Below are positions 24,501 to 37,148 of a DNA stretch of 64,000 nt, piece after piece. Positions within the stretch are counted from its first letter, which is position 1. Every line of letters starts with the position of its first letter. The notes under the pieces are model-generated. The model was given only the letters and a program-made list of their open reading frames with translations. It was not told the origin of the DNA and ran no database searches. The position numbers were made by a program, and so were the translations under genes. This DNA comes from Tubiluchus corallicola. Its lineage: Eukaryota; Animalia; Priapulida. The stretch is taken from contig JAQGDQ010000179.1 of NCBI GenBank assembly GCA_030141605.1, forward strand, positions 310,001-374,000. The letters run 5' to 3'.

Positions 24501-27500
24501 TGTTACATCAAATACATTGTTGTCCACTTATAAAAAATACATTTTCAAATTATTAACCTCTAATTAAATATGGGAACTTATCATATAAGTACCCAGAAAT
24601 AAATCCTACTATATCGAAAGAAAAGTAAGAGTGGCTTAAAAAATTGGCTTTTGCTTGATTACAAATGTAATACAAATATGATGAAAAGTGGTTTTCTGTA
24701 TGTACAAGCAAATTAGATGCAAATTACAAGCAAAGTGGAAAAAATTGCACCTTAGCTGTGATTCCAACATGAGCCCTTTTGCCTTCAGGAAGATGTGCTA
24801 ACAAATCAGTATTTACCTGCTGAGTGTTCCTCCTCTTCCGTTGATTGAGGGCAGCAAACATATTCCACTCCGCTAAACATGTCAATCCCACAAGGCAGCA
24901 ACATACCAAAGTTGAAGAGTGTCTTTCCTGTGGACAAACACGATGCTTCTGCCGTCTTCTTCCACTCTTCATAAGACTGGCATCTTCCACCATCATGGAT
25001 GTAGTCAAATTTGCACTTGTCTGGAACTTGCAATGGATCACTCTGGAATGGACCAACTAAAAAAAGGGAAAAAACGTTACAACAAAATTGTGCTATAAGT
25101 ATATAAAACTAAAATCTGAATATAAAATATACACCAGTGTCAATTAAAATAATGGGTAATGAAAGAAAATTTCTGCATATTCTAAACAAAAATATTACGG
25201 GCGCATTGTCCAGCTTAGCACAATGTCAAGAATAACAGAAATACAAAGACAATGAAAATATTAAAATGTACACACTCAATTTTAGCAGATGATTAGACAC
25301 AAAATAACAGTAGGAACAAATATCTGCATTGGAAAACAAAAACAAAAATGTTGATCAATTATTGGAAAACTGATTGGTAACAAGGATTGTACGGTTTTAC
25401 AACAAATTAACACTACAGAATATAGTCTTTTTTGAATATTTTAGTCATGAACGTTAAGTCATTAGTTCTTCACTTCATTTTTAAGTTCTTCATTGTTTAC
25501 AACAATCAAGGAAAACTTAAGTCTGGAACAAAGCCAACACATCAGACTTTAACTTATATCTGCCAAGCAATTTGTGAGATCAGCTTCCCTGTGTAATATG
25601 ACCCACAATAACATGCATTGTATTAAATATACTGTGCACAGCTAATTGAGAAAGCGGCACTATAACGTATTAAATTATCACCGACTGTAATATCCGGCCA
25701 GTAATATGAACACAGCATGTCGGTAATATCCAACATTGCCATCCGCCTTGTGTGAAATGCAAAGCATTAGTAAATCAATAACTGGTACCTACATTCTACT
25801 TGCTGAAAGCATCAAAATTTGAAAACAGTGCAAATAAGGCTATAAAATAACGTCAGTGAAGGAAAACGTTGCCAGCAGTCTGCTCACAAAAATTCTGTTA
25901 AAACTATATTAGCTAGATTCTAGAATTTCACTTTTTTTTGTTAGGATTTGCAGGAAAATTTAACAGGATGAATCGGTAAGCCAGTAATCTATTGTGTAGC
26001 TTAAAATTACAAAAGAAACAAAGGAAAGTCAGACATCAAACTACATGTATATGGCTGCAAAAGCGTCTATGATCAGTTAATTACATGTCCAAAGAAAATT
26101 AGGAAAATCTCATTTCCATTGTTTGTGTCTGTTAGCTAAATTACTCTTAATAAGGCCTTTTTAACACAGTCAAGCTAAATACACTGCATTGTAGAAAAGG
26201 TGCTACTTGTTTTGCTCAATGGAACATGGTTAGTTCTTAAAGTCCAGAAAAGAGCTTAAATGAGTTGGTGAACAGCTAAGCCTTCCTAGTTTAACAACAA
26301 CGTTAACATGGCCACAAAACAGGCTATTAAAGCCCCATAACTTTCAACCATCCCAATTAAATTTTACTCCTTCGAATCATTCACGAAACTACGGAACTGC
26401 AAATTCATGTTGGATGTACGAGCACAATTAGCCCAACGTTCGAAAAGAGGAGCAGAGTAGTTCTGTTCATTACTTTTTCTGTAATGTAACAAATGTGATG
26501 CTAGTGATTTACATGAATTTAAGCCAACTGTTGCTGCTTGGTTCAATACATTTAAAGTAATAATTATACCAATGTGGTCCTGTTTACCTTTTTAATAGAT
26601 TACAGAGACAATGGACAAACAATGGATGATAGTATGATTGCAATTTGTTATTGGAGAAAAGACTTAGGGCACTTAAATTTCCTGATTATTGCACTAAAAA
26701 GCATTGAAAAACAACTTTTGTATTTTATCAAATATATTTTAAACTTATTATGATAAAATTCAACTATATTAAGCTTTGACCCAGTTTTGCCTAATTTTGA
26801 AATTTTGTGCTGAATATTTTAATAGGTCTAACTACATACTACTTTTGTGAATGTAAATTTGCAAAATTTTATTGTACTTTCCTTTGAAAGTATCCCAAAC
26901 TTTAAATGAAAAGATATTTATATTTATTATAAGTATACTTACCTAGACACCTATAGGGAACTACGGCGTGTGTCCACTTGCACTTCTTGTGCTGTTTTCG
27001 ACACCAGTTGGAAATTTTTACTTCACTGTTGGACTCTACCACATTGGTCACTGCAAGGTCAGGATATGCCTGCAATAACAGTGGTACATTACTATTGCTC
27101 TTACAGTTCTGCTGTTATAAAACATTATATACATGATTAATGGTATATACATCCATATCCATGCTACCATACATCATAAAGCAATGTGCAGTAGCAATTA
27201 CAAAAGCTTACAGACTTGAACAAGTTGTACAAATTTAGTTAAAAGTGTTTGTGTGTGGTCCAGTGTGTTGTGCAGGGATAGATACTCAGCTTTCATTTTA
27301 TTATTACACTTCTTGCTTTTTGCTTATTAGCATTATTAATAAGTTAACTGCACTACTGCTTGCTTTTGCTCATTTGCTATAGTTAAGATCTAATAGTATA
27401 TTTTCTGAATAACCATGTACTCTGCAGTCTTTTAAAATATTCTTAAGTTATATAGGGGTGGTTGATTTGATGACCTGCTGATCTTTTGCTACCCCACCTA

Positions 27501-30500
27501 TACAAGCTTTCCACAATTTGTTGTAATTGTCTCATGAAAATTGTATTGGAGATAAATAAAATTTTGAATTTCAATATCGTTACTCAAGCACCAGCTGGGT
27601 TTGAAAAGTGAGGAAAAGGGCCAAATTCTGGTTAAGTTCTTTCTGATGACTGCTAGTGTGGATGTCGCTATGTGTGATGTAAATGATGTGTGTTGTTTTG
27701 GCTAGACTATAGTTCTTCTGATTTACATATTTATGATTAAGTACTATCATCATGAAGAATTTTCAAATGTTTTACATATTCATCAAAATAGAATTTATTG
27801 CCGACCGGTTTCAAACAAAACTGTTCATTATCAAGGTTATCTACATTTACTAAAATTTAGAAACAACATCAGAATACAATTCAGTAGTTAACAGCAAAAA
27901 ATAAATGATATAATATTATATAGTTAATTTAGCAACTTACCATTCATTAAATTATCTATATAATATTATGTCACGTATCGTTTGGCTATTAACTTCTAAA
28001 TTGTATTTTGATGTTGTTTCTAAATTCCGGTAAACTTCTTTTTTTAGATGCCTCGATAATAAACAGTTTTGTTTGAAACTGGTCGGAAATAAATTCAATT
28101 TGAAAGAAATTACGTTTATTTGCCAAATATGGATAAACCTGTTTTATATATTTATCTAAAGCTAACTGCAGACATGGTAAAGAACAGTAACTAGCCTTTA
28201 AAATATGATCAAACAAATTTGCAGTATCATAACAACAAACAATTTCATTTAACAGTAGGCACTTTGTACTTTTCAGAGAAAGAGTTACAAGATTTTCACA
28301 CGTAACTGATCTCAGGCATTCGCAAGAATTTCTCTCCTTCATTTGGTAAAGAATTTGATAGTTGATGATAAGCAATAAATTTGGGACACAGCCAGAAAAT
28401 GGCCTAATTTATCTGTTTATTTTATCTTACCTTAGTTTTTGTCACACAATTCACACAATAGTAAATACTTTAAACAATCTTTTCTATAATAGTTCCTAGA
28501 CATGCACAGTGTGATATTTAAAATTCAGCCTGCCTAATTCATCTTATGAATGAAAGACGATGAAAACTTAAAATCTGCATCAAGTAGTAAAGATTTTCAT
28601 TTGCTGTAGCCGGGACCAGATTAAAATCTTTTGGGACCCATAGGCTAATTAACTTACGGGAGGCCTATCAGACGGAAACACATTCTAACTTGCCCACAAC
28701 CGTCTTGAATATTTTTGACCTGTGATATATTTTAGTTACATTGACATAGCTTGAAGTAAACTTATTGCAAATTCTTTAAATAAACTAGAATAGCTATCTC
28801 TTGATTGTCAAAAAATATTCTTTAAGAAATACCACTATTTTACAATTTATTGCAAACCAAATTAGAACATATTTCGGCGCAACAGTAGTGAAAAGCAGAT
28901 TTTTTTACCAAATGCTACCAAATCTTGAGACCCCCGGATGTAGCCTATACTAGCTTGTAGGATAATCTGGTCTTGATGGTAGCCAGCAGCTTTACCTGCT
29001 AGAGAACATATATGAAAGAACCGTGATTGAACTAATGATTCACTTTATCACATAAATCCTTAAAAAGACAAATTACTTTCAAGATGCCTGAAACATGTAT
29101 TACAGCCTTTCTTCCTCTAGATAGGTGATAACATTGTCAAAATGTTCTGATAAATGCCTAACGAATTATCCATTTTGAGATTATACATCACACAGTTAAA
29201 AAAATATGAGAAATTATTAGATGAACACTGACTGAGCATTAACTAAATTTCCAGTTTGAAAACTAAAATTGGTAATAAAATCTAGGTAAATAAGCCATAT
29301 ACTTGTGTACACACACATTATCGATTGTGAGGTGCCAATAAAAAGCATCAATTACTCCAAGCCCAAGAAGCAGACGAGCTTTTATTCCAGCGACAACATG
29401 CGGTAACATAATAAAATTGCTCTATTGATCTACTCTGCATGCCAAATACACTAGGCTATAATTAAGAAGGCACATTATCAGGGACCTGCAATTTACTGGG
29501 CATATTCACAATTTAACTCCTGCAAATGTTCAAACTCTCAAGGGAAGCCAATCTGTTCAAATGTAGAGTAGCATGTGAATAGAAACATGTATAAGAAAGG
29601 TACAGTCAATATAATAATGTAAATTAAAGCACACAAGATCTAAGCCTGGCCTGGGTCTATTTAGGCTTAGTTACAAGCTAACTAAACTTTTAAACAAAGC
29701 ACGTGGCCAAAAATAACCTAAAGAAAGGAACCTATTCATTCATTGCAACATTTTGCATGCTCTGTAGTTCACAACTACAAATGCACAATTATCACTTCTG
29801 GTTTACTGTTGGTTATGAAGTATTATAGTTTTGAATATATGAGTAGATGCTTAACATAATGATAAAAACCAGGTGAATTAACAATTTAATTATTAACGTC
29901 TCTACAAAACGAAGACTTCTTTTTTCAGTGATTTACACATGTCTTTATTTTCCAAAGTTATTTTGCTCATTTATGTTTGTTCTGCTACTTTGTAACCATG
30001 CCGCGAACTTGAAACTGAAAGGTAAACACTAAACACGTACGATAACAGAATTTCGATTTATGCCACAGGGCAAGCAAACAAAGAATTGCACCTTTCTAAT
30101 GCGTTAGAGTTCCAATTCAACTTTTGAAGTACCTTTAAAATGAAAATGTACATGTCTGTACTATATAACTAACGAAAACTATAAATTATAAATGTGCAAT
30201 TAAAGAAAAAAAAATTAAACGCCATTTATCTTCAATTACTCAATTGGTGATTTTACTAATTTTATTACAATCAAATATATTTGTTTGTTACTTGGGTAAC
30301 AAAAAAAGTTTTCTGCACTAAATGTTTCAAATTACTACAGCAACATTTAAGTCTAAGCAGCCCCAGAATAGTGCCACATTTATACATATGCACAAAAACT
30401 TCTGATACATGCCTAACAATGTCGAATGAAGTCTTATCAGTTATCACCTCTCCACAGTTTCACAGGCAACTACACTTTATTGTAGAATGAAGATTCGGAA

Positions 30501-33500
30501 GAGCACTACAGATGATGTGTTAATGTTTACCTAACACTTCTAGTCAATTTGTCATCGTCGTAGTGAATAATAGTCCTATAGGTAAACTCGGGACAGCTTC
30601 ACTGCAATTCTATGTACTACATTATTTATAAGAGTGGTTCTCAACCAGTTGGGGAATTCGACAGCAGGGGGAGGGGAATAGGTTTTCGAGGTAGGAATTG
30701 GGAGCAGAAACTGGCCGAGTCACTGGCTAAATTAATGGAGTATTGATCTTTTACAAATTACATTTCCACAAAGGGGAGTAACATTGTGACATATGGCAAA
30801 GACTAATGTACTAAAAAAATGAGACAGTATAATCTCCAAAAGAGGTGGAATGACATCCTCACATATGGCAAAAAGGCTTAACAATATAGTTCTCATTTGT
30901 CTAATAAGCAATCTTTAGCTTTAAAGAGTATGCTATGCCACACTTTTTGGGGACAGTCAATTGAAAGTCAAACTAAATCTTCACTATAATATAAGCTTTT
31001 ACAACTTAAAATCTTACTCTCATTAGAAATATTCAATTTATCTTATTATAAACTTACTCTAAAACTGGTTTCTTTCGATTTTTCATCATTTCGTTGTTAG
31101 CAGTATTAAATTTGAAAAACCGGAAAATTTGTAACCAAAAACGCTTTCTCCACAACGTATGTCATTCTTGCTCACTCACGCAAAAGATGCAAAACATGGC
31201 GATCTTTACGACAATGCACATGTTCAAAATTCGCCAAAAAAGGTAAGTTATTTAATTTATAAGTTTCTTCATAATAATTATGAAGTCTTTGTGTAATTGC
31301 AATGGTGCGTTAAAAAACTTCAATGTCTGTTGGGGTAATATAGACCTTTAAGCCTCATAAAGCATACACTCTTTACTACTAAAACAAGTAAAGAGTCACT
31401 CATTTAAAGCCCCAATAAAATGCAATTAACACGTTTCCAGTTCGTTTCAAAACATAAACACAAAAAGTACAACTCTAAAAGAAGACAAATAAGAAAAGTA
31501 AAAATGTAAAAGTGAATGGCTATGACAATCTGGGCAATCAATAAGCTCCCAGGGGAATGCTTTTAGATAAAATGCATTAAACATGTCAAAGTAGCAAAGA
31601 CCTTCAAATTCATCGAGTCTAACAAAGCGGAGAATAACTGAAACCACAATAAATCGAATGACAGGGTAGCTAACTTGACTTAAGTGCTTTCATAGATCCA
31701 TACATCTTACTTCGTAAAATATTAATGTTTTATAGACTAATATGACTCTGTTGTAATACAGCACTCACATGAATGAAGATTATAATTGATCGTACACAAT
31801 AGGAGCCCCTATTAACATATATCTACATCTACTGCTTCTTCCAGCTACATAAACAGTCAGCTGAATAGAGAGAAGTTTACTGATATTTAATTATTAAATT
31901 TTAGTTAGATAACAAATTAAAATTCCTACAGTTACGAAATTTAATTTCAGTACAAGTATATGAAGAAAACTTCTGTTTACGTGAGTCTTCCAGTTAAAGC
32001 AAAACACTAGTATATATGTATACAATAATTCTGCATTCATCGAATACTGATGACAATGTTTCTATTGAGATAACAATATCAATTGCATTGCACTCTTCGT
32101 TTTTGCATTATACATGTAGAACTTTCTTATCTAACAGAACTTATTGGAAATAATATCACAGAGTAAAATGCACCTACCAGGCTCACTAACTAAGAAGTAA
32201 CTGCTACAGTATTAGATTTACTAAAATATTAAGCATTTATAATTGTTAACATTAGCCTGGCTAATCAAGCTGGTCATTTAACAATTGGTTATTCAAAACT
32301 TAATATCTGATTTATATACCCAAAAAATTGGTTTCTTTGTACCATTTTAATGACTACTACATAGCTACAAACACATTACAAAATACTAAACTTAGCTTTG
32401 TACTTGATCAAATTTTTTTTGTTCATATGAAACGAGCAAATTTTGATCATCAAAATATTTCTTTGTACAGCTGCTAGCTTTGTTGGTCAAGATGGTTAGA
32501 ACTACACAATTCAGACGCTATTGATGGAGCAAAGTGTGCATAGATGAATCATTATACATGAATCACAGCACATTCTGGGTTTGAGTGATAAAGGGTAGCC
32601 CACAGTTCGCTTCATGAAATGAGTGCTATTTAATAGTAACATTGACACAATAGATCTATGCAAGTGTGCTGACTGCTCAGCAGGTCCAGTAACATATTAA
32701 GTCAAGTGCCTAAAAGACAGGGTCATTTCCTTCACAAAATTCAGTAAAAATGACAAACATGAGATGCTAGTCTGACTCAGGTCTACATTTAACAACAGAA
32801 AAAGTAAAATAACCCAATAGGCTTCTTGGTCCCCATAATTATTAAGTTAGCTTTACTATTTTTAAAGTTAATTCTTTTGGACAGTGATTTTGTTATAAAT
32901 CTTTGTTTTTGCATACATTTAAATTGTTTTAATAAGTTCTTTTGATTTGACATAGCTGCTAATTATTAAGCAACATAAAAATACTTCAAATCAAAACTTC
33001 AGTTTCTAGTTCTGAGGAGCAAAAACCCATGACTTACCTTTCTGCAATACTCCAGCACATCAAGCCTTTCAGTCACGCATTCAGCAGTAGTATCTTCATC
33101 AGATATCCACTCTCCAGTAGTAATATTTAATCGCATGTTAATAAAGCCGCATTTCATAGCTATTTGTGGCTCGAGCAGCGCTTCGTGCTCTGTTAAAGAG
33201 GTCACAAGAGCCTGGAAAAGAATGATTGAATCACCAATTATCAATCGTTTACATTGAGTAGGTATTGAGAACATCTTTGCAACTCTTACATAGTAAACTA
33301 CAGTCAACTTCGGATATAATGGACACCTCGGAACGGAACAAATCGTCTCTTATATCCCTATGTCCCTTATAGCCGAAGTTGAGTCAGACTGAGGGTGTAT
33401 CTAGGCCTGTACTTTTATCCATATTTTTATGGATTACTGCTACACATTCAGTACAAACGGTATGTAGGAAGTGATGCAAGATGTATGTGACCGCGGAAAC

Positions 33501-35205
33501 CGAAGGGCGAGTTTGCGAAAAATTGAGGTTAAAAATCGATCAATTTCGCTTTGATCGTAGGGTATGCGAGGTAATTTACCTGGGTTTCTATTATGCGGGA
33601 CTTGATGATATCGTCCCTTATAACCGAAAGTCCCTTATATCCGAGTACCTTATATACGAAGATTTTTACAAGGAAAATGTTACGAAAAATTGGGACCAGT
33701 GTTGGTGGTCCCTTATAAGCGAATGTCCCTTATAAGCGAGTACCTTATACACGAGGTTGACTGTAGAGTTGATGACTTACTGTTGCAAATTAAAAATCAG
33801 CTATATAAAGGCAGTCACTTCCATTTGATAACTTATCTGCAAGATAAACCATTCTCTAGAATTTCTCTGCAATCATGAAGTGTGGCACAAGACTTCCTGT
33901 TGCCACTGCGGCAACCTCAGGTCTATATATTTTTCTGAATTGAATTTCCATTGTTTATTGAGATAAATCTTGAACATGGCAGGATTAGAAGCGTGAACTG
34001 CAGTATCAAGAAGCATGTTCCATTCATTAACTACTCGCATTGCAAATGTAAACCCTCCTTCTGCTCCACCTGTTGGAAACTGTTCTCTTCTTAATTTTGT
34101 AGGAGTGACCACTGGTACCATGATTTGTCTGTCGGTGCAAAAATATTTCACTGTTGATAGTTTCTGTACCTTTAAGGATACGAAATGTGTGAACTAACTC
34201 TTGTCTTTTGCATCTATACTTCAGAGTTGCAAGGCCCAGACTCTTGTCTTGCAGCATATGATAAATGAGAAACAGCAGGTATGAGTCTAGTAGCTCGGTT
34301 GCATACTTTCAATTTTCTTTATCATGTCTTGACGACTTGGACTCCATATCACATCACCATAATCAAATATAGGGAGAACCATTGGCTTGTATAGCTTGGC
34401 CATCATAGATCCATCAAGATAAGAAAAGCTATGCTTGATTAAAGTCAGTCTTCCATGGGTTTTATTAACAACATTAGTTATATGAGTTTGAAATTTAAGC
34501 ATACCGTCAATGGTGATACCCAGAACTTTTTCTCATAATTTCTCTAGAGGTTTGTCAATGTACCATTTTGTGTGTGCGACATACAACATCATGTCTTCCA
34601 ATAGTCAAAAGCTTACATTTTTCAGTGTTAAATTCCGTTTGCCATTGGGCACTGGTCAGCATAGTTAATATTATTCAGCATGACCTCAAAATCATCCAGG
34701 CAGCAAGCTTTTCCGTAAATTTTAGTGACATCAGCAAACAAACTACTACCCAGTTGAAAACTTGCGGATGCTCATTTATGTAAATAGGAAATAAAATAGG
34801 TCCAGGGACACTTCCCTGTGGTATGCCGCTGGTGACCTTAGCTCATTCTGATAGTGATACATGCCCATTGACTACTACATACTGCTTTCAGTTAATACAG
34901 ATTAGTAACTGACAACAAATTCCATATGACACAAGTTTTTGAATCATACTAAAGTAAAAAATTCTAGCAGGGGTGTATATAAGCATTAAAAATGCCCAGC
35001 TAAATCAGCGTACAGTAAATGAAGTCAAAGTGAAGCAAACTTGTGAATCAACTACTGTATTGTAATGTATAGCCTTCTAATAACAACCTGTACATAATTG
35101 ATTTGCTGCTTGTATTACGCGAACACTTACCTCTACATAGACAGAAACAACTTGTGATACCACTGATGACAAGAGTAACACAAAAATATTTAAATATTTA
35201 GCCAT
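15544..35205 (-). CDS. APP: Amyloid precursor protein family member (APP/APPL/APL-1 orthologue), 12 exons, about 647 aa
   Basis: Exons on - strand: 35205-35131 (signal peptide MAKYLNIFVLLLSSVVSQVVSV), 33211-33038, 27069-26943, 25056-24817, 24526-24384, 22128-22033, 20983-20825, 20160-19932, 18978-18847, 18592-18414, 17155-17024, 15801-15544; 1944 nt, all GT-AG and in phase. Motifs: EPQIAMKCG, VLEYCRKAYP, NWC..VVPYRCL (GFLD), GMLLPCGIDMFSGVEYVCCP (CuBD), E2 YIRAEEKDRSHTINHY, a TM helix, and [24 protein letters not shown]. Confidence 0.96.
15880..15960. repeat. (GA)n/(GACA)n microsatellite in the last APP intron
   Basis: gagagagagacgagagagagacagagagagag... Confidence 0.9.
17265..17372. mobile_element. 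Short palindromic MITE-like repeat; second copy at about 19749-19855
   Basis: Both copies read gg.ccaggt...aaagctg.cactaagtt...ttaatagtttag.gaa.gtaataatga...aactt...ctttgtgaaactgg.c, with inverted ends. Confidence 0.6.
19200..19265 (-). mobile_element. tRNA-derived SINE head remnant
   Basis: Minus strand has an A-box-like TGGTGTAGTGG and a B-box-like GGTTCAAG; no complete cloverleaf. Confidence 0.4.
28608..28976. mobile_element. Degenerate hAT-like MITE
   Basis: Imperfect inverted ends CGGGACCAGATTA / TAATCTGGTCTTG. Related ends occur at about 37967 and 43993-44557. Confidence 0.45.
33301..33763. mobile_element. Tigger/pogo-like MITE with TA target-site duplication
   Basis: TA|CAGTCAACTTCGGATATAA ... 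TTATACACGAGGTTGACTG|TA, with several subterminal (t)cccttatanncga repeats. Confidence 0.88.
33905..34948 (-). mobile_element. Decayed CR1-clade LINE, 3' RT fragment
   Basis: Frameshifted minus-strand peptides SGIPQGSVPGPILFPIYIN, FADVTK, LYKPMVLPIFDYGDVIWSP, GHSYKIK and RVVNEWN. Confidence 0.85.
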
Positions 35206-35209
35206 TTTT

Positions 35210-35400
35210 TTAAAATTGGCTAAGTAAAACCTCCAACCACCTTATTTTCTTGTTTTCTTCACATTTGTTTTCGGTAAAAGCCGTCGAATCCGTAAAATAC
35301 CGAAGGTGAAGTCACTTTCATTAAAGCGCATGCGTAAAGTTTTGTTCATTTTTCAGGGAGCGTGTTTTATGTACTGTAGTTGACAACGCTTAACAGATGT
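35210..35400. promoter_or_regulatory. Putative bidirectional promoter for APP and SLC17 with an NRF1-like motif
   Basis: Locally CpG-enriched, with palindromic-core GCGCATGCG at 35326-35334. The APP ATG is 120 bp to the left on -; a CAG|GTAACT donor at 35529 on + fits a non-coding SLC17 first exon. Confidence 0.5.
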
Positions 35401-36220
35401 TAAGAAAAATAACCGTGTTTCTTCACGATGCAAATTAAACTTTGCAAATCGAAACTCTATTTTATTTAAAGGGGAATTTCAAAGTTGTTAATACAAAAAA
35501 AATGTTTTAAATTTGGACAACGAAACAGGTAACTTATGACTAGAATACTTACTAATTAAGCTATATTACTATTAAGAGCTAAATTAACTAGTAATTAGTA
35601 TAGTAGATTAATAATACTAGTACTAATTGTAGTACATAATGCACAGACCCAGCACATAATATAAAGTAGCTTAGCTAGTGCATTCATATATCTAGTCGAT
35701 GCATATGCCTGCTTAACTTTCTGTGGTCTTTTAAAATATTTGTATCAAGAGTTTTTTATTTGTATAAATTATCACCAAGCTTTGCAGAATTTCATGTTTA
35801 ATGTGTAAAGAAACGAAAAACTCTCCCTTTCAACAAATTAATCATTTTTATATTTTGGCAATTTTTTAGTGTATTCTCTTCTTATTGCATTCTAGTGAAA
35901 ACTGTGCTAGTCAGGCAATTCCACCGCTTTGGTTTCCCAAAATTTGGGGAGATAGCAAATTTGTTACATCGATGTAAATTAACTTCCTTTTAACCCCATT
36001 TTACTGGGTACTGGGTGCACTGTATTTGAGGATTCAGACATTTCTGTTCTAGCTATTGAGCTCGCTGTTTTAGAAAATCGCTCTCAATTTTTGATTTATT
36101 GGGAACTGACCACTCCAAAATAACAAGAGATGTCCAAAAAGATTTAAAGGTGTCATTTCATTTGACTACCATTATTAAAGCATCAACCACAACATTTTAA
36201 CATCACTTAATTTTGTTAAA

Positions 36221-36430
36221 GGCGCATTGTGGCCTAGTGGTACGGTGTTTGACTGCCAATCCAGAGATTTTTGGTTCAAGTCTCTTTCATGTCACGGTTT
36301 TTAGAGACATGTTCCACTTGCCTCAGTCTCTCTAGTCACCTTTTTATGTCTACTCAGTCTTAACTGAGTATAAGTCATGTATGATGGAAACAAATGTGGC
36401 CGGGTAACCAATCATCTGTCCTTATGTGAC
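36221..36430 (+). mobile_element. tRNA-derived SINE
   Basis: A box TGGCCTAGTGG (36230-36240) and B box GGTTCAAGTC (36273-36282), followed by a non-tRNA body. Confidence 0.6.
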
Positions 36431-37148
36431 AAGGCTACGAAAATGGACGCCAAATCCAATTCCTACTAGTTTGGTGCCTGCAGTGCTTTCAAAACATTTT
36501 GTTGTAAGTTTTTTTGAAGATTTCAATTCCCTAACTGCTAACTCACTTTTTGTGAATTTAACAGTTTTTAACATTCGGGCCGGATCCTTACATCATTACT
36601 CTGTATAGCATTGCTGCTGTGTTTTCATTTGACTAACAGCCAAAAAATGGACCCAGAAATTGCCAGAGATAGCTCCACAAAGTTTTCAATGGTATTTCAT
36701 GAGATCTTCCATATGCAACAATTTGTTTGTTTTGAACCTACTTTTTGCTTTACTATGTGACCTTGCTTACACAACAGCATTGCCTGCTGGCTAGGCTATG
36801 TATGTTCAAGGCCTGTCATTCGTTTTTTGGCACAGCATATGTTCTTTTGCAGTCCTGATTGTGAAAAGCCAAACCATTCAGCAGAAACAATGGTAATCAA
36901 ATGATGCCAATGGTCATTTTGTTTAATAATTACATTAACTCTTTATTAATGGCAGCGCTACCCAAGCATCTTTTTCCAAGAAAGAAATGTTTCTTGTCCC
37001 AACATCCAAAAAAATGCACAATAAGAGTAGGCCCCAACACTATAATATTGTCTTATATTGGTAGCCATTCTTTAATGGAAAAGTGGAGGTAATGCATTCA
37101 GCTCGTTATTATTTATGCTTTTGTTTTCAGTGTAATCAGATTTTCAAG

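Noticed and set aside
36221-36295. tRNA gene
   Set aside because: A and B boxes are present but there is no acceptor stem or cloverleaf, and it continues into a SINE-like body.
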